This document shows positions 11,832 through 23,063 of a stretch of 64,000 nucleotides of DNA, piece by piece (position 1 is the stretch's first letter; the number at the start of each line of letters is the position of its first letter). The notes below the pieces were generated by a model, which worked only from the letters and a program-made list of their open reading frames with translations, did no database searches and was not told where the DNA came from. The position numbers were made by a program, and so were the translations under genes. Origin of the DNA: Escherichia phage vB_EcoM_G4498. The stretch is taken from sequence record NC_054918.1, one strand, 5' to 3'.

Positions 11832-13250
11832 TTATGGATAGGTATAGATGATACCAGTTTCTAAAGCAGTTTTATGAATGATGTATCCATTACGCGATTC
11901 TTGAACATCAACTTCTGGATAGTCTTTCATCATCTTCTGAAGAGTGTAACGATGTAGGTAATATTTACTATCTGGGTCGTCAGTTTTCCAATCTTTACCT
12001 TCTTCGGTCATTTTTTGGATTTCATCCATAACCCACCAACCGCACCAGATATAAGCTGAAGTACGATGTGGAAGAGGATGAACATAAGGTAGTTCACCTT
12101 CTGGTTCTGGAGCAACTTTATCAGTTACCTGAACTTGACCTTCTGCTGTAATAGTTTTGCTATCGTAATCAGTTGCAGTAACGACAGCAGTAACTTCAAT
12201 AGTTTGACTTCCAACAGATGAGGTATCGACAGTATATACGTTAGTTGACCCTTCTACAGGAGAAGAATCTTTCTTCCATGAGTAAGTAATTTGTGCTTCT
12301 TCTGGAGCACCCGTAACATTAGCCGTAAATGTAGCCGAAGCATCTTGCTGAACATTAATAGAAGGAGGAGTCAATGTAACCTGTGGATTCATTGTCTTCT
12401 TATTAACTGTCAATGATACTTCATTAGAAGTAACTTCCTTTTCATTGTAATTTTCAGCAGTTACTTGGGCTACGCATTTAATTCTTTTTACTCCACTTGT
12501 AGTTGGAGTATAGCTAAATGTAGAGTTAGTTTCTCCACCAACTTGTGAATCATCTACATACCACTGATACGTAGCAGACGCTCCATCAGGTTGAGAAGCT
12601 AAGGCAGCAGTAAATTGAACTGGGGTTCCGATTACTCCCGCTGGAGGACTATCAGGAGTTACTGCCAAAGTAGTTGTCTGCGTCTTTTTATTAACAGTCA
12701 GTGACACTTCATTGGAAGTAACTTCCTTTGTATCATAATCTGTCGCGGTTACTTGAGCTACGCACTTAATTGTTTTAACTCCGCTTGCGTCAGGAGTGTA
12801 ATTGAATGTAGTGCTAGTTGCTTCGCCCACAGGAGAACCGTCAACGTACCATTGATACGTAGCGTTTGCACCTGATGGCTGTGAAGCTAAGGCAGCGGTA
12901 AATTCAATTGGAGTTCCAATCACTCCAGCATCAGGGCTACCAGGAGTTACTGCCAAAGTAGTTGTTTGTGTCTTATTTTGAACTGTGATAGTTGTACTAA
13001 TTTCAGCTGTTTCAGGTTCAGATTCTGCAACTTGATTGGTTGCAACTACTTTAATAGTCTTTTGACCGGCAGGTCCTTTTAGTACATAACTAAAAGTTGC
13101 TGACGTTTCTTCCTGTGGAGCGTCGTCTACAGTCCAAGCATATGTAATAGTTCCGCCTCCAGTTTCACCACTGGGTGTAGCAGTAAACTGCTTAGTTTCA
13201 TCAATAACCCCTGTCGGTGTTTTAGGAGTTATATCAACTGTAAAAGTCAT
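11832..13250 (-). CDS. hoc: highly immunogenic outer capsid protein Hoc, with an extra Ig-like domain
   Basis: 472 aa; N- and C-termini match T4 Hoc; two consecutive ~96 aa domains starting TQTTTLAVTP...SNEVSLTVNKK. Confidence 0.9.
   Translation of the reverse strand: MTFTVDITPKTPTGVIDETKQFTATPSGETGGGTITYAWTVDDAPQEETSATFSYVLKGPAGQKTIKVVATNQVAESEPETAEISTTITVQNKTQTTTLAVTPGSPDAGVIGTPIEFTAALASQPSGANATYQWYVDGSPVGEATSTTFNYTPDASGVKTIKCVAQVTATDYDTKEVTSNEVSLTVNKKTQTTTLAVTPDSPPAGVIGTPVQFTAALASQPDGASATYQWYVDDSQVGGETNSTFSYTPTTSGVKRIKCVAQVTAENYNEKEVTSNEVSLTVNKKTMNPQVTLTPPSINVQQDASATFTANVTGAPEEAQITYSWKKDSSPVEGSTNVYTVDTSSVGSQTIEVTAVVTATDYDSKTITAEGQVQVTDKVAPEPEGELPYVHPLPHRTSAYIWCGWWVMDEIQKMTEEGKDWKTDDPDSKYYLHRYTLQKMMKDYPEVDVQESRNGYIIHKTALETGIIYTYP
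12414..12990 (-). repeat. tandem ~288 bp direct duplication inside hoc (two Ig-like domain units, ~80% DNA identity)
   Basis: Two consecutive DNA blocks share long identical runs (e.g. gttactgccaaagtagttgt, ccattgatacgtagc); coordinates approximate. Confidence 0.7.
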
Positions 13251-13259
13251 AAGTTATCC

Positions 13260-13940
13260 TTATTTTAATGTTACGAAAGAAGAGTTGCGTGTTTCACGAA
13301 TTAGAACTGATCCGTCACGGTTAATGTAATAAATTAAGCTAAATAAAGTTTGGTGTGCTGACGCATGTTCAAAACTAGTTGGGTGAGATTTCCAATCAGG
13401 AGTTTCAGCAATCCATTGATAAATCCACCAAGGAACAGTACAGAATCCTGGATTTTTTCCAATCAACTGAAGATTCGGGCTAAAGTTTTCCGGAAGAGTA
13501 AATACAGACGGCTTTTCAGATTCAATAATCTCAGCTACAGCCTGTTCAAATTTTTCTTCAACAAATGGAGTATCTTCAATCAAAACATCGGTATTTTCAG
13601 GAATTTTATCTGTTTCTACTACTTCAATTTTAATGTCAGATTTAACCGGAGAATCAATCAAAAGTGCTGCTTCTGGATTGACTTCTTCATCGTCATATTT
13701 TAACCCCTCTGCAGCATCAGCAGCATCAATTAAGTCTTTAATAGATAACCCATCAGTCTCCGGCATAGGTTCACTAGCGAGCTTCTGGAGAGCTTCTTCA
13801 ATATCATTAACGATATTATCAAAAGATTTATTCTTTTTGACCTTTATACCAAACTGTTCAGCATATTCAGCTAATTTAGCTTTAGCTTCTTTATTATCAT
13901 CAAGAGCCTTCAGCTCTGCAATATAATCTTTATCTATCAT
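13260..13940 (-). CDS. inh: inhibitor of prohead protease
   Basis: 226 aa, same length and position as T4 Inh. Confidence 0.85.
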   Translation of the reverse strand: MIDKDYIAELKALDDNKEAKAKLAEYAEQFGIKVKKNKSFDNIVNDIEEALQKLASEPMPETDGLSIKDLIDAADAAEGLKYDDEEVNPEAALLIDSPVKSDIKIEVVETDKIPENTDVLIEDTPFVEEKFEQAVAEIIESEKPSVFTLPENFSPNLQLIGKNPGFCTVPWWIYQWIAETPDWKSHPTSFEHASAHQTLFSLIYYINRDGSVLIRETRNSSFVTLK

Positions 13941-13953
13941 AATATTTCCTCAG

Positions 13954-13961
13954 TATAAATA
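13954..13961 (+). promoter_or_regulatory. late promoter TATAAATA for uvsW
   Basis: Exact box ~30 nt upstream of uvsW ATG. Confidence 0.5.
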
Positions 13962-13990
13962 TAGATATATTTATTACATGGTATTTAGAC

Positions 13991-15502
13991 ATGACTGACA
14001 TTAAAGTACATTTTTATGATTTTAGTCACGTGAGAATTGATTGCGAAGAAAGTACATTTCATGAACTCCGTGATTTCTTTAGCTTTGAAGCTGATGGGTA
14101 TCGTTTTAATCCGAAGTACAAATATGGCCACTGGGATGGACGAATTCGTCTTTTAGATTATAATCGCCTTCTTCCATTCGGTTTAGTCGGGCAAATTAAA
14201 AAGTTCTGCGATAACTTTGGCTATAAAGCCTGGATTGACCCACAGATTAACGAAAAAGAAGAATTATCAAGAAAAGATTTTGATGAATGGCTTTCTAAAT
14301 TAGAAATCTATTCAGGAAATAAAAGAATTGAACCGCATTGGTATCAAAAAGATGCAGTGTTCGAAGGATTAGTTAATCGTCGTAGAATTCTTAATCTTCC
14401 AACATCCGCTGGTAAATCGTTAATTCAAGCTTTGCTTGCGCGATATTATTTGGAAAATTATGAAGGTAAAATTCTTATCATTGTTCCAACAACTGCTCTA
14501 ACAACTCAGATGGCTGATGACTTCGTTGACTATCGTTTATTCAGTCATGCAATGATAAAGAAAATTGGTGGCGGAGCATCAAAAGATGATAAATATAAAA
14601 ATGATGCACCAGTCGTTGTTGGTACATGGCAAACTGTAGTAAAACAACCGAAAGAATGGTTCTCACAGTTTGGAATGATGATGAATGATGAATGCCATCT
14701 TGCTACAGGAAAAAGTATTTCATCTATCATATCAGGTTTAAATAACTGCATGTTCAAATTTGGTCTATCTGGTTCATTACGTGATGGCAAAGCCAATATC
14801 ATGCAGTATGTTGGAATGTTTGGTGAAATATTTAAGCCAGTAACGACTTCTAAGTTAATGGAAGATGGACAAGTAACTGAGCTAAAAATTAATAGTATTT
14901 TTCTTCGCTATCCCGATGAGTTCACTACTAAATTAAAGGGAAAAACTTATCAAGAAGAAATAAAAATTATTACGGGGCTTAGTAAAAGAAATAAATGGAT
15001 CGCTAAATTGGCTATTAAGCTTGCACAAAAAGATGAAAACGCTTTTGTCATGTTTAAACATGTATCACATGGTAAAGCTATTTTCGATTTAATTAAAAAT
15101 GAATACGATAAAGTTTATTACGTATCAGGGGAAGTTGATACCGAAACCCGCAATATAATGAAAACCTTAGCTGAAAATGGTAAAGGAATAATTATAGTAG
15201 CTAGTTATGGTGTATTTTCTACTGGTATTTCAGTTAAAAATCTGCATCACGTTGTTTTAGCGCACGGTGTTAAATCAAAAATCATTGTATTACAAACAAT
15301 CGGTCGTGTATTACGTAAGCATGGTTCTAAAACAATCGCAACAGTCTGGGACCTCATAGATGACTGTGGTGTCAAGCCAAAATCTGCTAATACTAAAAAG
15401 AAATATGTTCACTTGAACTATCTTTTAAAACACGGCATTGATCGTATTCAGCGCTACGCAGATGAAAAATTTAATTACGTAATGAAAACAGTTAATTTAT
15501 AA
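13991..15502 (+). CDS. uvsW: UvsW DNA/RNA helicase
   Basis: 503 aa, SF2 helicase motifs (PTSAGKS Walker A, DECH box). Confidence 0.93.
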   Translation: MTDIKVHFYDFSHVRIDCEESTFHELRDFFSFEADGYRFNPKYKYGHWDGRIRLLDYNRLLPFGLVGQIKKFCDNFGYKAWIDPQINEKEELSRKDFDEWLSKLEIYSGNKRIEPHWYQKDAVFEGLVNRRRILNLPTSAGKSLIQALLARYYLENYEGKILIIVPTTALTTQMADDFVDYRLFSHAMIKKIGGGASKDDKYKNDAPVVVGTWQTVVKQPKEWFSQFGMMMNDECHLATGKSISSIISGLNNCMFKFGLSGSLRDGKANIMQYVGMFGEIFKPVTTSKLMEDGQVTELKINSIFLRYPDEFTTKLKGKTYQEEIKIITGLSKRNKWIAKLAIKLAQKDENAFVMFKHVSHGKAIFDLIKNEYDKVYYVSGEVDTETRNIMKTLAENGKGIIIVASYGVFSTGISVKNLHHVVLAHGVKSKIIVLQTIGRVLRKHGSKTIATVWDLIDDCGVKPKSANTKKKYVHLNYLLKHGIDRIQRYADEKFNYVMKTVNL

Positions 15503-15527
15503 GGGCTTCGGCCCTTTGGAGAAAAAG

Positions 15528-15758
15528 ATGTTACTAGAATTTAAACAATTTCTTTATGAAGCTTCTATTGATGAATTTATGGGTAAAATTGCCTCTTGTC
15601 AAACATTAGAAGGTTTAGAAGAACTTGAAGCTTATTATAAGAAAAGAGTTAAAGAAACTGAATTAAAAGATACTGATGACATCTCAGTCAGAGATGCTTT
15701 GGCAGGAAAAAGAGCTGAATTAGAAGATTCAGACGATGAAGTAGAAGAAAGCTTTTAA
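15528..15758 (+). CDS. uvsW.1: UvsW.1 small acidic protein
   Basis: Track ORF starts TTG at 15516; ATG at 15528 after GGAGAAAAAG gives 76 aa MLLEFKQFLYEAS... Confidence 0.8.
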   Translation: MLLEFKQFLYEASIDEFMGKIASCQTLEGLEELEAYYKKRVKETELKDTDDISVRDALAGKRAELEDSDDEVEESF

Positions 15759-15813
15759 ATTAAAAAAGGCCCAACCAAAAAGGAAGGGCCAAAACTATAG
15801 ACTAAAGGTCACA

Positions 15814-15981
15814 CTATAGCAAAAGTTGGGTTTCATTTAATTGTTCTTCCGAACTTTCTGAAACTGGTAGTTCTTTAATGTAATTATAGCAAGGCCCAGG
15901 ATGTACAGGACCTTTGTCTGTTTCAACAACCAATGCAGAATCGATTGGAGTTTTACAGACAACACAAATCTTATCTGACAT
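15814..15981 (-). CDS. small Cys-containing protein (position of T4 uvsY.-2)
   Basis: 55 aa ORF below track threshold, MSDKICVVCKTPIDS...PCYNY, hand-translated from minus strand. Confidence 0.55.
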   Translation of the reverse strand: MSDKICVVCKTPIDSALVVETDKGPVHPGPCYNYIKELPVSESSEEQLNETQLLL

Positions 15982-16009
15982 GATTGTCTCCTCTGAATTA
16001 TATATCTAT

Positions 16010-16234
16010 TTATACAACTCTCATATGCATATCAATGCCCATATCTTTAGAATAAAAATATTCATCAAGATATCCGGCAAATTTTCCTTTAATATAAAGA
16101 ACATCTTCACCGCACGGGTGGTCGGCCAGGATACGAATATCCTGACGCTTAAGATTATGCTTTTTCATTAAGAATTGAATTTCCGTTTCAAATTCTTCTT
16201 CATAATTAAAAGCATCATCAATGTTATATCTCAT
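16010..16234 (-). CDS. hypothetical protein (position of T4 uvsY.-1)
   Basis: 74 aa, ATG overlaps uvsY stop. Confidence 0.7.
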   Translation of the reverse strand: MRYNIDDAFNYEEEFETEIQFLMKKHNLKRQDIRILADHPCGEDVLYIKGKFAGYLDEYFYSKDMGIDMHMRVV

Positions 16235-16647
16235 TATTTTCCAGCCTCAAATGCTCGCATGTCTTGAATATGCTTAATAGCAAATCCACGTGATTTAATA
16301 GCATCAAGAGCTCCGCTACAGAAATCTAATAAAATCCCCCAATACTGTAACGAGGTATCAACCTTTAAAACATCCTTATCAGCTGATAGAACTGTCTTCA
16401 TTTCTGATTTCTCGTAACGATCCATACTAAATTCATCACCATCTCCTCGTCCCGAGTAGTAGTCTAATTTAGCTTTAAGAGCAACTTTTTTCTGTGCTTC
16501 AATTCTAAGCATTTCCTTTTTAATACTTGAATGCTTATTAAGCCATTTACTATATAACATCACATTATTAGCTGCTTCATACTGTAATTTAGTCGAATCT
16601 ATAAACACATCTTTCTTCAATTCTTCTTGAAGATCTTCTAATCTCAT
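16234..16647 (-). CDS. uvsY: recombination mediator protein UvsY
   Basis: 137 aa, MRLEDLQEELKKDVFIDSTKLQYEAANN..., same length as T4 UvsY. Confidence 0.93.
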   Translation of the reverse strand: MRLEDLQEELKKDVFIDSTKLQYEAANNVMLYSKWLNKHSSIKKEMLRIEAQKKVALKAKLDYYSGRGDGDEFSMDRYEKSEMKTVLSADKDVLKVDTSLQYWGILLDFCSGALDAIKSRGFAIKHIQDMRAFEAGK

Positions 16648-16687
16648 ATTGTTCTCTATTCAATTGTTATTGGATGGACTTAGATTC

Positions 16688-16716
16688 ATTATACCACGTT
16701 TATACGTGAAGCATTA
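16688..16716 (-). promoter_or_regulatory. middle (MotA-dependent) promoter for uvsY
   Basis: Minus strand MotA box ATAATGCTTCA, 13 nt spacer, then TATAAT. Confidence 0.45.
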
Positions 16717-17112
16717 TACTCTATTACTGGAAGCCAGTTGTAGTTTTATCTGCTCAATATCATCAGGGTTATCGATGACTGAAAAGCGTATTTCTACTAT
16801 CAAAGTATAATCATCATAAACCGGTATTACATTAACTGCTAATTTATCAATACGTGGCTCATAGTTTCTTACTGCGCTTTCGATATTACGCTCAACCGTG
16901 TCAGCAGTAAGAGGAGTCATATTCTCAAAAAGTTGGTCAGATAAATCGCATCCAAATTCAGGGTCAAACGGTCTTGAACCTTTTCTTGTTGTAATAATTC
17001 CTAAAAGACTATTTTTAATTGACCTTAATCCAAGTGATCTTGAAACGTCTTTGTTCCAATCCATTTTCATCTCTGGGTCAATATCAGAATAAAGCTTATT
17101 AATATTTGCCAT
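16714..17112 (-). CDS. 25: baseplate wedge protein
   Basis: 132 aa, GPW/gp25 family, same length as T4 gp25. Confidence 0.9.
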   Translation of the reverse strand: MANINKLYSDIDPEMKMDWNKDVSRSLGLRSIKNSLLGIITTRKGSRPFDPEFGCDLSDQLFENMTPLTADTVERNIESAVRNYEPRIDKLAVNVIPVYDDYTLIVEIRFSVIDNPDDIEQIKLQLASSNRV

Positions 17113-17738
17113 TACAATAGCTCAAAGAATTCTTTGAGTCCTCTTATTACATGAGCGTGAGTTTTTCCACACTCTGGACATTTAATTGGAACAGCCAAAT
17201 AAACAGTAGGCTTTAAAAGCATATCTTTTATAGCTACAATATCTGACTCTGTGATGATAGAATATAAATCTTCTAGTTCCTTTTCATTTAAGTCTTCAAC
17301 TGGAATGCTTTCCCCGTTAGCATGAATCGTTTCTATACATGATACTATCATGTGGGCTATATTTTTATCATCAAAAATTTTAGGGTATCGGAATTTAATT
17401 TTAATGTCACCCAGTGTATACCAAAGGTCTTCTGGTGCATCTATTTGTGTATGTAATAGATTTATATGGGTTGGTATTTCAGTTCCGCAGGTGCACTTCC
17501 AGGAGTTTTCGTGATTAACTTCTCCAAGAGAATGCGCCCATAAATGAATCAACAATAGTTCTGATTCTTGGCGATTTAAATCTTTTGCATTTGTGCAGTC
17601 TTTGATTAGCTTTTTAACAATTACTTCTACAGAACCATTATTTTTGGCAGTAATAAGTTCTAGATATTCTTTAAGAGTAAATGCGCGACAGTTGATTATT
17701 TTAGAACCAACTCTCACATCAAATTTGTATTCATACAT
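17112..17738 (-). CDS. 26: baseplate hub protein
   Basis: 208 aa, position and length as T4 gp26. Confidence 0.88.
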   Translation of the reverse strand: MYEYKFDVRVGSKIINCRAFTLKEYLELITAKNNGSVEVIVKKLIKDCTNAKDLNRQESELLLIHLWAHSLGEVNHENSWKCTCGTEIPTHINLLHTQIDAPEDLWYTLGDIKIKFRYPKIFDDKNIAHMIVSCIETIHANGESIPVEDLNEKELEDLYSIITESDIVAIKDMLLKPTVYLAVPIKCPECGKTHAHVIRGLKEFFELL

Positions 17739-17763
17739 ATTTAGCTCCTTTATTTATCATATT

Positions 17764-17771
17764 TATAAATA
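17764..17771 (+). promoter_or_regulatory. late promoter TATAAATA for gene 51
   Basis: Exact box in divergent 26/51 intergenic region. Confidence 0.5.
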
Positions 17772-17788
17772 GAATAAAAGGAGCATCT

Positions 17789-18538
17789 ATGGCAAACATT
17801 ATTCGTTGTAAATTACCAGATGGTGTTCATCGTTTTAAACCATTTACGGTAGAAGATTATCGAGATTTTTTGTTAGTTCGAAACGATATAGAGCATCGGT
17901 CACCACAAGAACAAAAAGAAATAATTACTGATTTAATTGATGATTATTTTGGAGACTATCCGAAGACTTGGCAACCATTTATATTTTTGCAGGTATTTGT
18001 AGGTTCAATAGGTAAAACTAAAGTACCAGTCACATTTGTATGTCCAAAATGTAAAAAAGAAAAGACAGTTCCATTTGAAATATATCAAAAAGAATTAAAG
18101 GAACCTATTTTTGATGTAGCTAATGTTAAAATTAAATTAAATTTTCCTTCTGAGTTTTATGAAAATAAAGCAAAGATGATTACTGAAAATATTCATTCTG
18201 TTCAAGTAGATGAAATGTGGTATGATTGGAAGGAAATTAGTGAATCGAGTCAAATAGAACTTGTTGACGCCATCGAGATAGAAACATTAGAAAAAATTCT
18301 CGATGCAATGAATCCTATTAATTTAACATTGCACATGTCGTGTTGTGATAAGTACATTAAAAAATACACTGATATAGTAGATGTGTTTAAGCTATTAGTT
18401 AATCCAGATGAGATATTTACTTTTTATCAAATTAATCACACGCTTGTAAAAAGTAATTATAGCTTAAATTCAATAATGAAAATGATTCCTGCCGAGCGCG
18501 GATTCGTATTAAAACTGATTGAGAAGGATAAACAATAA
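17789..18538 (+). CDS. 51: baseplate hub assembly catalyst
   Basis: 249 aa, divergent from gene 26 with late promoter upstream. Confidence 0.88.
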   Translation: MANIIRCKLPDGVHRFKPFTVEDYRDFLLVRNDIEHRSPQEQKEIITDLIDDYFGDYPKTWQPFIFLQVFVGSIGKTKVPVTFVCPKCKKEKTVPFEIYQKELKEPIFDVANVKIKLNFPSEFYENKAKMITENIHSVQVDEMWYDWKEISESSQIELVDAIEIETLEKILDAMNPINLTLHMSCCDKYIKKYTDIVDVFKLLVNPDEIFTFYQINHTLVKSNYSLNSIMKMIPAERGFVLKLIEKDKQ

Positions 18539-19710
18539 TGAGTATGTTGCAACGCCCCGGATATCCAAATCTCAGCGTTAAATTATTTGAGAGTTATGAC
18601 GCTTGGAGTAATAATAGATTTGTTGAATTAGCTGCTACTATTACCACATTAACTATGCGGGATTCTCTTTATGGTCGAAATGAAGGAATGCTACAATTTT
18701 ATGATTCTAAAAATATCCATACAAAAATGGATGGAAATGAAATAATTCAGATTTCTGTAGCTAATGCAAACGATATTAATAATGTTAAAACAAGAATTTA
18801 TGGATGTAAGCATTTTTCTGTATCTGTAGATTCAAAAGGTGATAACATCATTGCTATTGAATTGGGAACTATTCATTCTATAGAAAATCTTAAATTTGGT
18901 AGACCATTTTTCCCTGATGCAGGTGAATCTATAAAAGAAATGCTTGGTGTCATTTATCAAGACCGCACATTATTAACTCCAGCAATAAATGCTATAAATG
19001 CTTATGTTCCTGATATTCCATGGACTAGCACATTTGAAAACTATTTGTCATATGTAAGAGAAGTTGCTCTAGCGGTAGGAAGCGATAAGTTCGTATTTGT
19101 ATGGCAAGACATCATGGGAGTTAACATGATGGACTATGATATGATGATAAATCAAGAACCATATCCAATGATTGTAGGTGAGCCAACTTTAATAGGTCAA
19201 TTCGTCCAAGAATTGAAATATCCATTAGCATATGATTTTGTTTGGTTGACTAAATCAAACCCGCATAAACGTGATCCAATGAAAAATGCTACTATCTATG
19301 CTCATTCATTTTTAGATTCTTCATTACCAATGATTACTACAGGAAAGGGTGAAAACTCTATTGTAGTGTCAAGGTCAGGTGCTTATTCTGAAATGACTTA
19401 TAGAAATGGATATGAAGAAGCTATTCGTCTTCAGACTATGGCGCAATATGACGGCTATGCTAAATGTTCTACTGTCGGTAATTTTAACTTGACTCCTGGC
19501 GTTAAAATTATTTTTAATGATAGTAAAAACCAATTTAAAACAGAATTTTACGTTGATGAAGTTATTCACGAATTATCAAATAATAATTCCGTAACTCATC
19601 TATATATGTTCACTAATGCAACGAAACTGGAAACAATCGACCCAGTTAAGGTTAAAAATGAATTTAAAACTGATACTACCACTGAAGAAAGTAGTTCTTC
19701 CGATAAGTAA
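18538..19710 (+). CDS. 27: baseplate hub protein
   Basis: 390 aa, position and length as T4 gp27. Confidence 0.9.
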   Translation: MSMLQRPGYPNLSVKLFESYDAWSNNRFVELAATITTLTMRDSLYGRNEGMLQFYDSKNIHTKMDGNEIIQISVANANDINNVKTRIYGCKHFSVSVDSKGDNIIAIELGTIHSIENLKFGRPFFPDAGESIKEMLGVIYQDRTLLTPAINAINAYVPDIPWTSTFENYLSYVREVALAVGSDKFVFVWQDIMGVNMMDYDMMINQEPYPMIVGEPTLIGQFVQELKYPLAYDFVWLTKSNPHKRDPMKNATIYAHSFLDSSLPMITTGKGENSIVVSRSGAYSEMTYRNGYEEAIRLQTMAQYDGYAKCSTVGNFNLTPGVKIIFNDSKNQFKTEFYVDEVIHELSNNNSVTHLYMFTNATKLETIDPVKVKNEFKTDTTTEESSSSDK

Positions 19711-20191
19711 TAAAGAAGTTTCTATTCCTAAGATGGGTCTTAAACATTATAACATTTTAAAAGATGTTAAAGGTCCTGATGAAAATTTAAAGCTTCTTAT
19801 TGATTCTATTTGTCCAAATTTATCACCGGCAGAAGTTGATTTCGTTTCTATTCATTTATTGGAATTTAATGGAAAGATTAAATCTCGTAAAGAAATAGAT
19901 GGCTATACTTATGACATTAATGATGTTTATGTATGCCAAAGATTAGAATTTCAATACCAAGGAAATACATTTTATTTTAGACCTCCTGGAAAATTTGAAC
20001 AATTTTTAACGGTGAGCGATATGTTATCTAAATGCTTGCTTAAGGTCAACGATGAAGTTAAAGAAATTAATTTTCTTGAGATGCCAGCATTCGTTTTAAA
20101 ATGGGCAAATGATATTTTTACAACTTTAGCAATTCCTGGCCCTAATGGTCCAATAACTGGAATTGGCAATATTATTGGATTATTTGAATGA
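19658..20191 (+). CDS. 28: baseplate hub distal subunit
   Basis: Second in-frame ATG at 19658 gives 177 aa as in T4 gp28; overlaps 3' end of gene 27 by ~50 nt. Confidence 0.8.
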   Translation: MNLKLILPLKKVVLPISNKEVSIPKMGLKHYNILKDVKGPDENLKLLIDSICPNLSPAEVDFVSIHLLEFNGKIKSRKEIDGYTYDINDVYVCQRLEFQYQGNTFYFRPPGKFEQFLTVSDMLSKCLLKVNDEVKEINFLEMPAFVLKWANDIFTTLAIPGPNGPITGIGNIIGLFE

Positions 20192-21960
20192 AAAAGCCAC
20201 AAGAAATGCAAACGATGCGTAGAAAAGTTATTTCAGATAATAAACCAACACAGGAAGCGGCTAAATCCGCTTCCAATACTTTATCTGGACTTAATGACAT
20301 TTCTACAAAATTGGATGATGCTCAAGCTGCTTCTGAATTAATAGCTCAAACCGTTGAAGAAAAATCGAATGAAATAATTGGAGCAATTGACAATGTAGAA
20401 AGCGCAGTGAGTGATACTACTGCTGGTTCTGAGTTAATTGCTGAAACTGTCGAAATTGGCAATAATATTAATAAAGAAATCGGTGAATCGCTCGGAAGTA
20501 AATTAGATAAATTAACGAGTTTACTCGAGCAAAAAATCCAGACAGCCGGAATTCAACAAACAGGAACTAGTTTAGCTACGGTTGAAAGCGCTATTCCTGT
20601 TAAAGTTGTTGAGGACGATACAGCTGAATCCGTGGGTCCTTTATTACCAGCTCCTGAAGCAGTTAATAATGATCCTGACGCTGATTTTTTCCCTGCCCCT
20701 CAACCAGTTGAACCTAAGCGAGAGTCACCGGAAGAAAAACAGAAAAAAGAAGCATTTAATTTAAAATTATCTCAAGCTTTAGATAAATTAACAAAGACTG
20801 TTGATTTTGGATTTAAAAAATCCATTTCAATTACTGATAAAATATCAAGCATGCTATTTAAGTATACTGTCAGTGCTGCTATTGAAGCTGCTAAAATGGT
20901 TGCATTAATAATGGCTGTTGTTATTGGAATAGACCTACTGATGGTTCATTTTAAATATTGGTCAGATAAATTTTCAAAAGCCTGGGATTTGTTTAGCACT
21001 GATTTTAAAACTTTTTCAAGCGAAACCGGAACTTGGGGTCCTTTATTACAGAGCATCTTTGAATCTATTGATGAAATTAAAAAGTTCTGGGAAGCGGGAG
21101 ATTGGGGCGGTTTGACGGTAGCTATTGTAGAAGGGCTTGGAAAGGTTCTTTATAATTTAGGAGAACTTATTCAGCTTGGAATGGCTAAATTATCAGCAGC
21201 AATTCTTCGAGTTATTCCTGGTATGAAAGATACTGCTGACGAAGTAGAAGGAAGAGCACTGGAAAATTTCCAAAATTCTACTGGAGCATCTCTCAATAAA
21301 GAAGACCAGGAAAAAGTTGCGAATTATCAAGATAAACGAATGAATGGAGACCTTGGTCCGATAGCAGAAGGACTAGACAAAATTGCGAACTGGAAAACTC
21401 GTGCATCTAACTGGATTCGTGGTGTTGATAATAAAGAAGCATTGACAACTGATGAAGAACGCGCAGCAGAAGAAGAAAAATTAAAGCAGCTTTCACCAGA
21501 AGAAAGAAAAAATGCTTTAATGAAGGCTAATGAAGCCCGTGCCGCGATGATTCGTTTTGAAAAATATGCTGATTCAGCTGATATGAGTAAAGACTCAACG
21601 GTTAAATCAGTTGAAGCTGCCTATGAAGACCTTAAAAAACGAATGGATGACCCGGATTTAAATAATTCACCGGCAGTTAAAAAAGAACTTGCTGCTAGAT
21701 TTTCTAAAATTGATGCTACTTATCAAGAGCTCAAGAAAAATCAGCCTAATGCCAAACCTCAAACTTCTGCTAAATCGCCAGAAGCAAAACAAGTCCAGGT
21801 AATAGAAAAGAACAAAGCACAGCAAGCTCCTATTCAACAAGCATCTCCTTCAATCAATAATACTAATAATGTTATTAAGAAAAATACTGTCGTTCATAAT
21901 ATGACACCCGTAACGAGCACGACTGCTCCTGGTGTATTTGATGCGACTGGAGTTAATTAA
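20188..21960 (+). CDS. 29: baseplate hub / tail length determinator
   Basis: 590 aa, tape-measure-like, same length as T4 gp29. Confidence 0.9.
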   Translation: MKKPQEMQTMRRKVISDNKPTQEAAKSASNTLSGLNDISTKLDDAQAASELIAQTVEEKSNEIIGAIDNVESAVSDTTAGSELIAETVEIGNNINKEIGESLGSKLDKLTSLLEQKIQTAGIQQTGTSLATVESAIPVKVVEDDTAESVGPLLPAPEAVNNDPDADFFPAPQPVEPKRESPEEKQKKEAFNLKLSQALDKLTKTVDFGFKKSISITDKISSMLFKYTVSAAIEAAKMVALIMAVVIGIDLLMVHFKYWSDKFSKAWDLFSTDFKTFSSETGTWGPLLQSIFESIDEIKKFWEAGDWGGLTVAIVEGLGKVLYNLGELIQLGMAKLSAAILRVIPGMKDTADEVEGRALENFQNSTGASLNKEDQEKVANYQDKRMNGDLGPIAEGLDKIANWKTRASNWIRGVDNKEALTTDEERAAEEEKLKQLSPEERKNALMKANEARAAMIRFEKYADSADMSKDSTVKSVEAAYEDLKKRMDDPDLNNSPAVKKELAARFSKIDATYQELKKNQPNAKPQTSAKSPEAKQVQVIEKNKAQQAPIQQASPSINNTNNVIKKNTVVHNMTPVTSTTAPGVFDATGVN

Positions 21961-21968
21961 GGAATAAT

Positions 21969-23063
21969 ATGGCAATTGTTAAAGAAATAACTGCTGATTT
22001 AATTAAAAAGTCCGGTGAGAAAATTTCAGCCGGACAGAGTACTAAATCAGAAGTAGCAACTAAAACATACACTGCCCAGTTTCCAACTGGGCGTGCTAGT
22101 GGTAATGACACTACAGGGGACTTCCAGGTAACAGATCTATATAAGAATGGATTATTATTTACTGCATACAATATGTCATCTAGGGATTCTGGAAGTCTTA
22201 GAACGATGAGATCTAACTACTCTTCTTCATCTTCGAGTATTTTACGTACAGCCAGAAACACTATCAGTAATACAGTATCAAAACTATCAAATGGACTAAT
22301 ATCAGATAATAATTCAGGAACAATAAGTAAAGTTCCTGTTGCAAATATTCTTTTACCTAGATCTAAATCTGACGTCGATACGTCATCACATAGATTTAAT
22401 GATGTTCAAGATAGTCTTATTACAAAAGGTGGAGGTACTGCTACTGGTGTGCTAAGCAATATGGCTTCAACCGCAGTATTTGGAGCGCTGGAAAGTATAA
22501 CACAAGGTATAATGGCTGATAATAATGAACAGATTTATACGACAGCCAGAAGCATGTACGGCGGTGCTGAAAATAGAACTAAAGTGTTCACTTGGGATTT
22601 GACTCCGCGCTCAACAGAAGATTTAATGGCTATTATTAATATCTATCAGTATTTTAACTATTTTTCTTACGGTGAAACTGGTAAATCTCAATATGCTGCT
22701 GAAATAAAAGGATATCTAGATGAGTGGTACCGTTCTACTTTTATTGAGCCGTTAACTCCAGAAGATGCAGTTAAAAATAAGACGTTATTTGAGAAAATGA
22801 CATCGAGTTTAACTAACGTTCTTGTAGTTTCAAACCCGACAATTTGGATGGTGAAAAACTTTGGTGCAACATCTAAGTTTGATGGAAAAACGGAAATATT
22901 CGGTCCATGTCAAATCCAGAGTATCAGATTTGATAAAACACCTAATGGTAACTTTAACGGATTAGCTATTGCTCCAAATCTCCCTAGTACATTTACTCTC
23001 GAGATTACTATGAGAGAAATTATCACGTTAAACCGTGCTTCTTTATATGCGGGGACTTTTTAA
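21969..23063 (+). CDS. 48: baseplate tail tube cap
   Basis: 364 aa, same length and position as T4 gp48. Confidence 0.9.
   Translation: MAIVKEITADLIKKSGEKISAGQSTKSEVATKTYTAQFPTGRASGNDTTGDFQVTDLYKNGLLFTAYNMSSRDSGSLRTMRSNYSSSSSSILRTARNTISNTVSKLSNGLISDNNSGTISKVPVANILLPRSKSDVDTSSHRFNDVQDSLITKGGGTATGVLSNMASTAVFGALESITQGIMADNNEQIYTTARSMYGGAENRTKVFTWDLTPRSTEDLMAIINIYQYFNYFSYGETGKSQYAAEIKGYLDEWYRSTFIEPLTPEDAVKNKTLFEKMTSSLTNVLVVSNPTIWMVKNFGATSKFDGKTEIFGPCQIQSIRFDKTPNGNFNGLAIAPNLPSTFTLEITMREIITLNRASLYAGTF

Noticed and set aside
15759-15813. GGCCC...GGGCC hairpin between uvsW.1 and the uvsY.-2-position gene as a possible ncRNA
   Set aside because: Short stem with large loop between convergent genes; most simply a weak bidirectional terminator
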